Positions 15,615-23,619 of a stretch of DNA of 32,000 nucleotides are shown here, one piece after another. How positions within the stretch are numbered: position 1 is the first letter of the stretch; every line of letters starts with the position of its first letter. The translations under genes and the position numbers were made by a program. Below the pieces are notes generated by a model, which ran no database searches, had not been told where the DNA came from, and saw nothing but the letters and a program-made list of their open reading frames with translations. The stretch covers positions 4,500,001-4,532,000 of the forward strand of contig CP126532.1 in the NCBI GenBank assembly GCA_030167145.1. The letters are read 5' to 3'. This DNA comes from Ktedonobacterales bacterium. Lineage in GTDB: Bacteria > Chloroflexota > Ktedonobacteria > Ktedonobacterales > JADMIN01.

Positions 15615-16691
15615 ATGTCCACGACAGCGCGCGACCCAGCGCTGGATGCCGCTGGATGGGATGCCGACGACTATTACGCCGTCCTGGGCCTGCCACACGA
15701 CGCCACGCGCGATGAGATTCGCTCGGCATTCCGCCGCCTCGCCATGCGCTGGCACCCCGACCACTTCGTCGCCACCACTGAAGACGAGCACGAACATGCC
15801 AGCCAGCGTATGCGCGCTCTGCTGCGCGCGCATCAGGTGCTAAGCGACCCCCTGCGCCGCCGCGAGTATGACCGCGCCCGCGCTACCGGCCAGCCCTATG
15901 TTGAGGGACATGTGTACGAGGTCCGCACCACGCCGCAAGCCCCTGCGTATCATCGCTACACGCCATCTTCCAGCGAACCATACGAATCGCCCGTCCATCC
16001 TCATGCGGCCCAGACTCCCGAGCCGCTGCGCTATGGCCACGGCAACACCAACCCTGTCGGCATCCTCTTTGGCATTCTCACCTCCATCCTCGCCATTGCC
16101 GTCCTGGGGCGCATCGTCAGTGAAGGCGTCAGCTCGCTGTTCGGCGCCTTCCTCGCCTTTCTGGTGCTGCTCGGCCTCGTTGGGCTGGCCGCGCTGTTCT
16201 TCAGCGAAGATTCGCCGATTACCCGCGCCGCTCGCAACTTCGTGGAAGCCGAGCCAGCGAATCTCCACGACCACGCGCCCGCCCATCCCCACCAACGTCC
16301 TGGCTACTACCACATTCCACATACCGACACCGAGCCGACCGAATTCGAGCGGCTGGTAGATCAGGCGCTGGCGTCGCTCCCGATAGAGTTCCAGAGCTAC
16401 CTGGAGAACGTGGTGGTGCATGTCAAAGACGAGCCATCCGAAGACGAGCTACGCCGGATGAAGCTGCGCCCATGCAGCCTGCTGCTCGGCCTCTACGAAG
16501 GCGTTCCACTGATCCACCAGAGTGTCTATGGCGCCGGACCTGAAGTTGTCACCATCTTCCAGCGGTCCATAGAGGAGTACTGTGGCGGCGACCCGGAGCG
16601 CATTCGTCGGCAGGTGCGCGCTACGGTGCTCCACGAGCTGGCGCATCACTTCGGCATTGACCACGAGGATATGCCCGACTGGATCAAGTGA
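15615..16691 (+). CDS. J-domain / transmembrane / Zincin_1 (DUF1025-type HExxHH metallopeptidase-like) fusion protein
   Basis: N-terminal J domain: DYYAVLGLPHDATRDEIRSAFRRLAMRWHPDH, with HPD present. Two hydrophobic helices: VGILFGILTSILAIAVLG and FGAFLAFLVLLGLVGLAALFF. The C-terminus reads FERLVDQALASLP...LLGLYEGVPL...VLHELAHHFGIDHEDM, typical of the small Zincin_1 family. GGAGG lies 9 nt upstream. Confidence 0.85.
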   Translation: MSTTARDPALDAAGWDADDYYAVLGLPHDATRDEIRSAFRRLAMRWHPDHFVATTEDEHEHASQRMRALLRAHQVLSDPLRRREYDRARATGQPYVEGHVYEVRTTPQAPAYHRYTPSSSEPYESPVHPHAAQTPEPLRYGHGNTNPVGILFGILTSILAIAVLGRIVSEGVSSLFGAFLAFLVLLGLVGLAALFFSEDSPITRAARNFVEAEPANLHDHAPAHPHQRPGYYHIPHTDTEPTEFERLVDQALASLPIEFQSYLENVVVHVKDEPSEDELRRMKLRPCSLLLGLYEGVPLIHQSVYGAGPEVVTIFQRSIEEYCGGDPERIRRQVRATVLHELAHHFGIDHEDMPDWIK

Positions 16692-16705
16692 GAAAGTCCG
16701 CTGCT

Positions 16706-17434
16706 ATGCCCTCCAATACGTACTCTTCGCTGTGGTTTCAGCTTTTCATGCCGTTGCAGACGGAAGATTCGACGCGGCAAGATATCGCCTTTCTCGCGCT
16801 GCAACTTCCGCAACCGCGCTATCAGCGCATCCTGGACCTGTGCTGTGGTTATGGTCGGCACGCTCTGCGGCTCGCTGAGCTGGGCTATCAGGTAATCGGC
16901 GTGGATCGCGATGCGGACGCTATTGCCGAGGCGAAGCGACAAGCCGTAGAGGCGGGCCAGGATGTTGGCTACGTGGTTGGCGACATGCGCGACCTGGATG
17001 CCCTACCGGGGACATTCGACGCGATTATCAATATGTGGCAGAGTTTCAGCTATTTCGATGACGCGACCAATGTCGAACTACTGCGTCAGATCGCCCGCAA
17101 GCTGACGCCTGGCGGGCGCTTCATCGTGGATATGTACAACCGTGACTACTTCGAGCGACACCAGGGCGACACCCAACAGGTCATCAATGGCGTGATCGTC
17201 GAATCACGCGGCTATATCGAAGGCAACCGCTGGCACTCGCTGCTGACCTATCGCGATGAGCATGGAGAGCGCGGCGAAGACCACATGGAGTGGCAGATCT
17301 TCACGCTGGACGAATTCGCCGCGCTGGCTGGCGTATGCGGTTTCGCGCCGCTGCTGGCCTGTGCATGGTCAGATGAGCAGCAGACGCCTTCGCCTGATGT
17401 CGCGCGGATGCAGATCGTATTGGAAAAGTGCTAG
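16706..17434 (+). CDS. Class I SAM-dependent methyltransferase
   Basis: Motif I ILDLCCGYGRHALRLAELGYQVIGVDRD, post-I VGDMRDL, and motif II/III FDAIINMWQSF...LTPGGRFIV. An alternative GTG start at 16688 overlaps the upstream stop. Confidence 0.85.
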   Translation: MPSNTYSSLWFQLFMPLQTEDSTRQDIAFLALQLPQPRYQRILDLCCGYGRHALRLAELGYQVIGVDRDADAIAEAKRQAVEAGQDVGYVVGDMRDLDALPGTFDAIINMWQSFSYFDDATNVELLRQIARKLTPGGRFIVDMYNRDYFERHQGDTQQVINGVIVESRGYIEGNRWHSLLTYRDEHGERGEDHMEWQIFTLDEFAALAGVCGFAPLLACAWSDEQQTPSPDVARMQIVLEKC

Positions 17435-17449
17435 CGTTGGGCGTGCAGG

Positions 17450-18190
17450 TCAAACACTGCGCACCGAGCAGAGTGAACTGCCCGTCGTTTGACTTGCCAG
17501 TGGGCAGCGCATTGGGTCATCGTTCACGGCATAGACGGCAGTTCCATTACGGACAAGCACGCCATCTTTTCCCGCATCCGAGCCAGAGGCAACCCAGCCT
17601 CCGAAACTGACGCGCCCTCCCTCCAGGTGGACCGGCACATGCTGTACATCGGTGACTTCGAGAAACAGGTGATCGAAGGTCGCCGGGATGGAGAAGCCGG
17701 TATGCCCCTCGCTGCCAATGGCGTCGTTGGCGTCCACGGGCTGGCCCTGGTAGACGGCGACGCTCGCCAAATGCCAATAGGTGACCAGATATTGCGCGCC
17801 ACTCGCCAGCCGCACGCGCTCGATCACATAGTTAGCGTCACCTGCGCAGCCGGGGTCGGCGCATGAGGCTGCGTTGGGCGAATACTGGGCAAAGACGATG
17901 ACACCCGTGTCCACCGCACGCACCGTGCGGTCTGTGCCTGGCGCGACGAAATCCAGGCCGTCTCGCAGATCGCCTCGGCTAGTATAGTTGTGCGGACCAG
18001 TCTGATATGTCCACGTCGTGTCGCGCGCCCAGGGCAACTGGGCGAAGACGATGATGGGTGGGGGTGGATCGAGATAGGCACTTTTCACTGTCCATCCGGC
18101 GGGCAGCAGCGATGTCAATATCAGCGCGAGCGCCACTGCTACCCGATTCCGGCTGAGGAATCCACCCATCCACCGCAGCCACCCGCGCAC
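17450..18190 (-). CDS. Membrane-anchored LytM/M23-like domain protein with substituted metal ligands (probably non-catalytic)
   Basis: The N-terminal anchor is RNRVAVALALILTSLL. M23-like segments are RDGLDFVAPGTDRTVRAVDTGVIVFA (canonical HxGxD has H where this has R) and GSEGHTGFS...DHLFLEV (canonical HLHFEV). I chose the GTG at 18190, which has GGAGGGGG upstream, while the track start is 18211. Confidence 0.6.
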   Translation of the reverse strand: MRGWLRWMGGFLSRNRVAVALALILTSLLPAGWTVKSAYLDPPPPIIVFAQLPWARDTTWTYQTGPHNYTSRGDLRDGLDFVAPGTDRTVRAVDTGVIVFAQYSPNAASCADPGCAGDANYVIERVRLASGAQYLVTYWHLASVAVYQGQPVDANDAIGSEGHTGFSIPATFDHLFLEVTDVQHVPVHLEGGRVSFGGWVASGSDAGKDGVLVRNGTAVYAVNDDPMRCPLASQTTGSSLCSVRSV

Positions 18191-18268
18191 TCGTTCCCCC
18201 TCCTGCTGCACCTCACCTGCACCTCACCTGCATGTCGCCATTATCAACCGCCTTCATAATACGACATG

Positions 18269-19132
18269 TCAGGCTGGTTCTCCCAGAAAGGACACGATCT
18301 CGCGCTCCAGCGCATCGGAGAGCACAATGGTGTAGTGGTTGGTATCGGGGATCTCGACTACCTGGCAATCAGCCATCTCGTGGCGCAGACGCTCTGCTTC
18401 GTCGGCGGCCAGCACGAAGCCGCGATCAGGCGCGAGTGTGCCCAGCGCCGCGCGCACGATCAGCGTGGGTTGCTTCACGAACGCGGGCAGCAACTCCGTT
18501 CGCAGCGCGCCAAGGGAAAACGACTCCTCTTCGATGACGTGCTTGGGTACGCGGGATGTGACCGTGCCGTCGGGGTGGACTTCGGCGTCGTAGCGGAAAT
18601 ACTCCTCCCAGAGCGTGTTCCACTGGAAGACCGGAAGCTGGCTCATCAGACCGAGATACGCATCGAGCGAGGGGAAGACTACACCCAGGCGGTTCACCGA
18701 GGCGGCGATGGCCTGCTGCGTGTCTTCGGGTATCTTGCCGCCCGCGTCAATCATCACTAGCTTGCGGACGCGCTGCGGATAGAGCGCAGCAGTGTAGACG
18801 CCAATCATCGCGCCGAGCGAGTGCCCGACAATATGCGCCTGCTGTGCGCCAAGCGCGTCGCAGAGGGTCAGCAGGTCGTGCGCGTGGAAGGGTATGGCGT
18901 AGCCATGCGGCGGCTTCGCGCTCAGCCCGCGCCCGCGCAGGTCAGGGGCCACAGCGTACCATCCCTGCTCGGCGAGCGCTGGGCCAAAGAGGGCGAACTC
19001 GCGGCAACTGGCTGTGAGACCGTGAACGAGCAGCACCACACGCTCTGGATTGCGTTCACCCCAGGTGACGTAATGCAGCGTCATGCCGCCGATACCGAGC
19101 GTATTCTCTTTGCCAGTGTCGTGCTGTCTCAT
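18269..19132 (-). CDS. Alpha/beta hydrolase fold protein
   Basis: VVLLVHGLTAS (oxyanion HG), nucleophile elbow GHSLGA, and a C-terminal ...DTNHY histidine. The start is uncertain, with in-frame candidates at 19132, 19159 and 19225. Confidence 0.85.
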   Translation of the reverse strand: MRQHDTGKENTLGIGGMTLHYVTWGERNPERVVLLVHGLTASCREFALFGPALAEQGWYAVAPDLRGRGLSAKPPHGYAIPFHAHDLLTLCDALGAQQAHIVGHSLGAMIGVYTAALYPQRVRKLVMIDAGGKIPEDTQQAIAASVNRLGVVFPSLDAYLGLMSQLPVFQWNTLWEEYFRYDAEVHPDGTVTSRVPKHVIEEESFSLGALRTELLPAFVKQPTLIVRAALGTLAPDRGFVLAADEAERLRHEMADCQVVEIPDTNHYTIVLSDALEREIVSFLGEPA

Positions 19133-19299
19133 ATAGCCTGCGCTCCTCCTATCCATCATACACCTGACGCGCTCGTCAGGTATGGGACAAGTATAGCGAA
19201 TATCGGCCATCCACGCAAATGCCAACGCGAATCTTCTGCACTAGATGGGCGCTTTTTTGAGACATTCGATGACGATGTTCACATCTGCGCCCATCGCCC

Positions 19300-20316
19300 T
19301 CATCCTTCCGCGCGCTCCGCATAGAATGCCGCGATGGCGCGGGCGTAGCTGGCGATGCTGGCGCACAGTTCCGGTGGCTCCAAGACCTCGACCTCCGCGC
19401 CCATCCCCAGGAGGTTGGTGCGTGCGCCCTCCATCGTCTGGAACATCAGCGGCAGGGTCGTCCAGCCTTCGCCGTCGGGCGGACCGGCCTGGGCGATCAC
19501 ATCATAGATGCTCTCGCCAAAGTAGTGGTGCAGGTTGGGCAGCAGGTCCGGAGCGACGCGCACCAGCACGGGATATTGCCCCCAGCTTGAGACGAATCGG
19601 CTGGCAGACGCGGCCCAGAAGCTCGCCAGGTCGAAGTCACCGGCGCGCTCGAAGCGCGCATCAGCCATCTCTGCCGCACGGATGCGCGAGACCCGGTAGA
19701 CACGCGGCTCATTCCCGTCCGCGCCATTGTCGCTGCCAGCGTCGCCACTGCGCTCGGTCCGCGCTACCAGATACCAGATGCTCGCCTTTGCTACCAGCCC
19801 CAGCGGCTGCATCACGCGCTCCACCACTTCGCCATCACCGCGCCGGTAGGTCACGCGCACACAGCGGTCCTGCCAGAGGGCCTCTTGCAGCAGCCCCAGG
19901 AATGGCGTTTCCTCATCGGTATTGCCCCAGCCCGCTGCGTCCACGTGGATACGGCGGCGCGCGCGTTCGGCATCGGCGCGCAGCCGCGCGGGCAGCGCCG
20001 CCAGCAGCTTTAGCAGCGCGCCTTCCAATGCGCTGCCCATGCCCAGGTCCGCCAGCGGACGTGCTGCGCCGGAGAGGAAGAGCGTCCGTACCTCTAGTTC
20101 GCTCAGGCCGGTTAGGGTGGTGCGGTAGCCTTCGAGCAGGCCACAGCCGCCCGGCCCGCGCTCGGCGTAGACCGGCACGCCCGCTATCCCCAGTGCGCTC
20201 AGGTCGCGGTAGACGGTGCGCTCGGAGACTTCCAGGCGTTCGGCGAGTTCTCTGGCCGTGGTGCGCCCGCGCGCCTGCAAGATCAGCAGCAGAGAGAGCA
20301 GCCGGTCGGCGCGCAT
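19300..20316 (-). CDS. HTH + WYL domain transcriptional regulator (YafY/PafBC-like)
   Basis: N-terminal RLLSLLLILQARGRTTARELAERLEVSERTVYRDLSAL, which is HTH_11/DeoR-like. Central WYL domain VRVTYRRGDGEVVERVMQPLGLVAKASIWYLVA. A C-terminal extension domain follows. GGGAGG lies 8 nt upstream of the ATG. Confidence 0.9.
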   Translation of the reverse strand: MRADRLLSLLLILQARGRTTARELAERLEVSERTVYRDLSALGIAGVPVYAERGPGGCGLLEGYRTTLTGLSELEVRTLFLSGAARPLADLGMGSALEGALLKLLAALPARLRADAERARRRIHVDAAGWGNTDEETPFLGLLQEALWQDRCVRVTYRRGDGEVVERVMQPLGLVAKASIWYLVARTERSGDAGSDNGADGNEPRVYRVSRIRAAEMADARFERAGDFDLASFWAASASRFVSSWGQYPVLVRVAPDLLPNLHHYFGESIYDVIAQAGPPDGEGWTTLPLMFQTMEGARTNLLGMGAEVEVLEPPELCASIASYARAIAAFYAERAEG

Positions 20317-20360
20317 GTAGATTCCTCCCGCTCAGCAGCCATGTCATCCACCGCCACTTT

Positions 20361-20398
20361 ATCATAGATTGTAGACAAATAATGTCAGGAAATGACGT
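20361..20398 (-). promoter_or_regulatory. Candidate promoter of the WYL regulator with overlapping imperfect palindrome
   Basis: The reverse strand reads CTGACA (20388-20383), a 16-nt spacer, then TATGAT (20366-20361). ATGTCA-GGAAA-TGACGT (20382-20398) overlaps the -35. Confidence 0.35.
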
Positions 20399-20430
20399 GA
20401 GCGAAAGTCCGCAGGTGGCCTCAATTACTG

Positions 20431-21960
20431 CTATTCGCCTGTCTCACCCCGCCCGATGAAGTACCACGGCTTGACGGGGGCGTCGGTCAGGTCAGCCATG
20501 ATGTGCTTGATCTGGGTGTAGTCTTCAAGCGCATAGGCGGACATGTCTTTGCCGAAGCCGCTCTGTTTGTAGCCACCATGCGGCATCTCTGAGGCGATGG
20601 CGACATGCTCGTTGATCCAGACAGTGCCGGATTGGATCTGCGCGGCGACGCGATTGGCGCGGAAGACATCGCGGGTCCAGACGGAAGCCGCCAGACCATA
20701 GTCGCAGTCGTTGGCCAGCCGCACCGCGTCAGCTTCGTCGTCAAAGGGCAGCAGGCAGAGCACCGGGCCGAAAATCTCTTGCTGGACGACTTCATCTTGC
20801 TGGCTGGCGGGGATGAGCACCGTCGGCTGATAGTAATAGCCATCTCGCAGTGGCGCGTCGGTGGGACGCGCGCCGCCGGTGAGCACGTCAGCGCCGGTGG
20901 CTTGCGCCCGTGCGATGAAGCCTTCGACACGTTCGCGCTGCTGAGCGGAGATCATCGGCCCCATCTCGGTCGCGGGGTCATCCGGCAGGCCGACGCGCAC
21001 GCTCGAAACCACATCGAGCAGTCGTTTCTGGAAGTCGGCGAAGGCGTCACGCTGGCAGTAGATGCGGGTAGCAGCGGTGCAATCCTGGCCGGAGTTGATG
21101 TAGCCGCCCATGACGGCGCCATGTGCGGCGGCGTCGAGGTTGGCGTCGGCGAAGACGACGAATGGCGCTTTGCCGCCTAATTCCAGGTGCAAGCGTTTGA
21201 CGGTGCCAGCGGCCAATTGCATGATGGATTTGCCGGTGGCGGTGTCGCCGGTGAGCGAGATCATGCGGACAGCGGGGTGGGTGCAGAGGACGTTGCCGAT
21301 CTCCTCGCCACGCCCGGTGACGACAGTCAGCACACCCGGCGGCAGGCCCGCACGCTCGGCGAGATCGGCAAGCGCCAGTGCGGTGAGCGGCGTGATCGAG
21401 GCGGGCTTGAGGACGACGGTATTGCCGGTGGCCAGGGCAGGCATGATCTTCCAGATGGCCATGTTGAGCGGGTAGTTCCACGGCGCGATGGAGGCGACCA
21501 CGCCGACCGGCTCGCGGCGGATGGTGCTCTGGTAGCCAGGCAGATATTCGGCCTGACCCAGCGTGTGAATCACGCGGCAGGCGCCCGCGAAGTAGCGCGC
21601 GTTGTCAATCGAGAAGGCGACATCGAAGTCGCGCGCCATGGTGATTGGCTTGCCGGTGTTGGCGCTCTCCATCTGCGCCAGCGGTTCGGCTTCCGCAGCC
21701 ATGAGTTCGCAGAAGCGCATGAGTGTGTCGCTGCGCTGGCCGGGGGTCAGTCCGCTCCAGCGGCCATCGGCGAAGGTGTCGCGGGCGGCCAGAATTGCTG
21801 CTTCGACATCGCCCGCATCAGCCTGGGCCACTTCAGCGATCTGCTGACCCGTGGCGGGATTGAGCACGGCCATCCGTCTGCCGCCTCGCGCCTCGCGCCA
21901 TGCGCCATTGATATAGAGTTGGTGCGCGGTCTGTTGCGCCAGCATATCGGCTACGGCCAT
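20431..21960 (-). CDS. NAD(P)-dependent aldehyde dehydrogenase (aminobutyraldehyde/betaine-aldehyde DH-like)
   Basis: 509 aa with catalytic ELGGKAP and GQDCTAATR motifs. GAGGAG lies 6 nt upstream of the ATG. Confidence 0.9.
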   Translation of the reverse strand: MAVADMLAQQTAHQLYINGAWREARGGRRMAVLNPATGQQIAEVAQADAGDVEAAILAARDTFADGRWSGLTPGQRSDTLMRFCELMAAEAEPLAQMESANTGKPITMARDFDVAFSIDNARYFAGACRVIHTLGQAEYLPGYQSTIRREPVGVVASIAPWNYPLNMAIWKIMPALATGNTVVLKPASITPLTALALADLAERAGLPPGVLTVVTGRGEEIGNVLCTHPAVRMISLTGDTATGKSIMQLAAGTVKRLHLELGGKAPFVVFADANLDAAAHGAVMGGYINSGQDCTAATRIYCQRDAFADFQKRLLDVVSSVRVGLPDDPATEMGPMISAQQRERVEGFIARAQATGADVLTGGARPTDAPLRDGYYYQPTVLIPASQQDEVVQQEIFGPVLCLLPFDDEADAVRLANDCDYGLAASVWTRDVFRANRVAAQIQSGTVWINEHVAIASEMPHGGYKQSGFGKDMSAYALEDYTQIKHIMADLTDAPVKPWYFIGRGETGE

Positions 21961-22070
21961 CGTTCGCTCCTCATGTACTCATCGCCACGGCGGGCGGTTG
22001 AAACCGCGCCTTTGTGGCGTGCCGCCGCGAAACCCGCCGTCGCGGGTTCGGAACAGAATCAAGGTCAAGA

Positions 22071-22108
22071 CAGCCCTCTGCTCGCGAAGAATCGAGAGCA
22101 GAGGGCTG
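22071..22108 (-). terminator. 13-bp perfect hairpin between mmsA and the aldehyde dehydrogenase gene
   Basis: CAGCCCTCTGCTC (22071-22083) pairs with GAGCAGAGGGCTG (22096-22108) around a 12-nt loop. It starts 14 nt after the mmsA stop. Only a weak T-rich tail follows on the reverse strand. Confidence 0.4.
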
Positions 22109-22121
22109 GACGTGGCAGCGA

Positions 22122-23585
22122 CTACCAGCGCGAGGTGACGACCTTGCGCTCGGTGTAGAAATGGATGCTGTCTTCGCCGGTGGCGTGCAGATCGCCGTAG
22201 AACGACTGTTTCCAGCCGGCGAAGGGGAACCAGGCCACTGGCGCGGGAACGCCGACGTTGACGCCGACCATGCCCGCTTCGATGCGCATCTGGAACTGGC
22301 GTGCAGCAGCGCCGCTGCTGGTGCAGATCACCGCCGCATTGCCGAACCGCGAGCCGTTGGCGGTGGTGATCGCTTCGTCCAGCGTCTCGGCTTCGAGGAT
22401 GCTCAGCACAGGCCCGAAGATCTCTTCACGGGCGATGGTCATCTCTGGCGTGACGCCGGTGAAGATGCTGGGGCGCAGGAAGAAGCCATTGCCCGGCTGT
22501 TCAGGCTTGCCGTCGCGGCCATCCAGGGCCAGGGTTGCGCCTTCACGCACGCCAATCTCGATGTAGTTCTCGACGCGGGCGCTGTGGTCGGCGCGGATGA
22601 CCGGCCCCATGTCGGTCGCGGAATCCAGCCCGGAGCCGACACGCATCGCCCGTGCGCGCTCGATCAGCTTCGGCACCAGTGTTTGCGCCGCCGTACCCAC
22701 GGTTACTATCGTGCTACCGGCGAGGCAGCGTTCGCCCGCATTGCCGAAGGCTGAGGAGAGCACCAGATCCGCCGCACGGTCCTGGTCGGCGTCGGGCATG
22801 ACAATAACGAAGTTCTTCGCGCCCGCCAATGCCTGCACGCGCTTGCCATGGGCGGCGGCGGTCTTATAGACGTACTCGGCGACGGGCTGGGAGCCAACGA
22901 ATGAAATCGCTCGTACGCCTGGATCGGTCAGCAGTCCATTCACGGCGTCTTTCGCGCCATGGACGACATTTAGGACGCCTTTGGGCAGCCCGGCCTCAGT
23001 CCAGAGATCGGCCAGCATGTTGGCGCTGAGCGGGGTGCGCTCGGACGGCTTGTGGACGAAGGTATTGCCACAGACGATGGCGACGGGGGCCATCCAGAGC
23101 GGAATCATCGCCGGAAAGTTGAACGGCGAGATGCCGCCGACGACACCGATTGGGAAGCGCAGCATAGTGGTGTCTACGCCGCGACTGACATCTTGAAGCG
23201 AGCGCCCCTGAATGAGTGATGGCGCGCCACAGGCGAACTCGACGACTTCGATGCCGCGCCGCACCTCGCCCCAGGCTTCATTGTGCGTCTTCCCGTTCTC
23301 ACGGACGACGGCGCGGGTGAGGTCTTCATGATGGGCGTCGAGCAGAATTTTCAAGCGGAAGAGCACCTGCGCCCGGTCGGTGACGGGCACATCGCGCCAG
23401 GTGCGGTAGGCTTCCTCGGCGCTGGCGACGGCCTTACGCACATCTTCGGCGGTGGAGAGCGGCACGAGGGCCATGTCTTCACCGGTGGCGGGGTCGGGCA
23501 CAGGGAGCGTTTCAGCGGCTGCGGCTTCGACCCACTCGCCGTTGATGTAGTTTTTCAGGATGGTGGTATTGGTGGCAACGCCCAT
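22122..23585 (-). CDS. mmsA: CoA-acylating methylmalonate-semialdehyde / malonate-semialdehyde dehydrogenase
   Basis: 487 aa. ILKNYINGEWV, FPIGVVGGISPFNFPAMIPLWM, GAKNFVIVMPDAD (the usual ALDH catalytic Glu is absent, as in MMSDH) and GERCLAGS. Confidence 0.9.
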   Translation of the reverse strand: MGVATNTTILKNYINGEWVEAAAAETLPVPDPATGEDMALVPLSTAEDVRKAVASAEEAYRTWRDVPVTDRAQVLFRLKILLDAHHEDLTRAVVRENGKTHNEAWGEVRRGIEVVEFACGAPSLIQGRSLQDVSRGVDTTMLRFPIGVVGGISPFNFPAMIPLWMAPVAIVCGNTFVHKPSERTPLSANMLADLWTEAGLPKGVLNVVHGAKDAVNGLLTDPGVRAISFVGSQPVAEYVYKTAAAHGKRVQALAGAKNFVIVMPDADQDRAADLVLSSAFGNAGERCLAGSTIVTVGTAAQTLVPKLIERARAMRVGSGLDSATDMGPVIRADHSARVENYIEIGVREGATLALDGRDGKPEQPGNGFFLRPSIFTGVTPEMTIAREEIFGPVLSILEAETLDEAITTANGSRFGNAAVICTSSGAAARQFQMRIEAGMVGVNVGVPAPVAWFPFAGWKQSFYGDLHATGEDSIHFYTERKVVTSRW

Positions 23586-23619
23586 GCGTTTCTCCTTCTC
23601 TGTGATGGGCCAGGTGGCT

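Noticed and set aside
19245-20459. 404-aa plus-strand ORF antisense to the WYL regulator. Similar antisense ORFs are 21187..22158, 22014..22754, 23560..24510, 27623..28600 and 29147..30412.
   Set aside because: These are typical high-GC shadow ORFs. They are Arg/Pro/Ala-rich low-complexity translations with no recognisable domains. Each lies fully inside a well-supported gene on the opposite strand.
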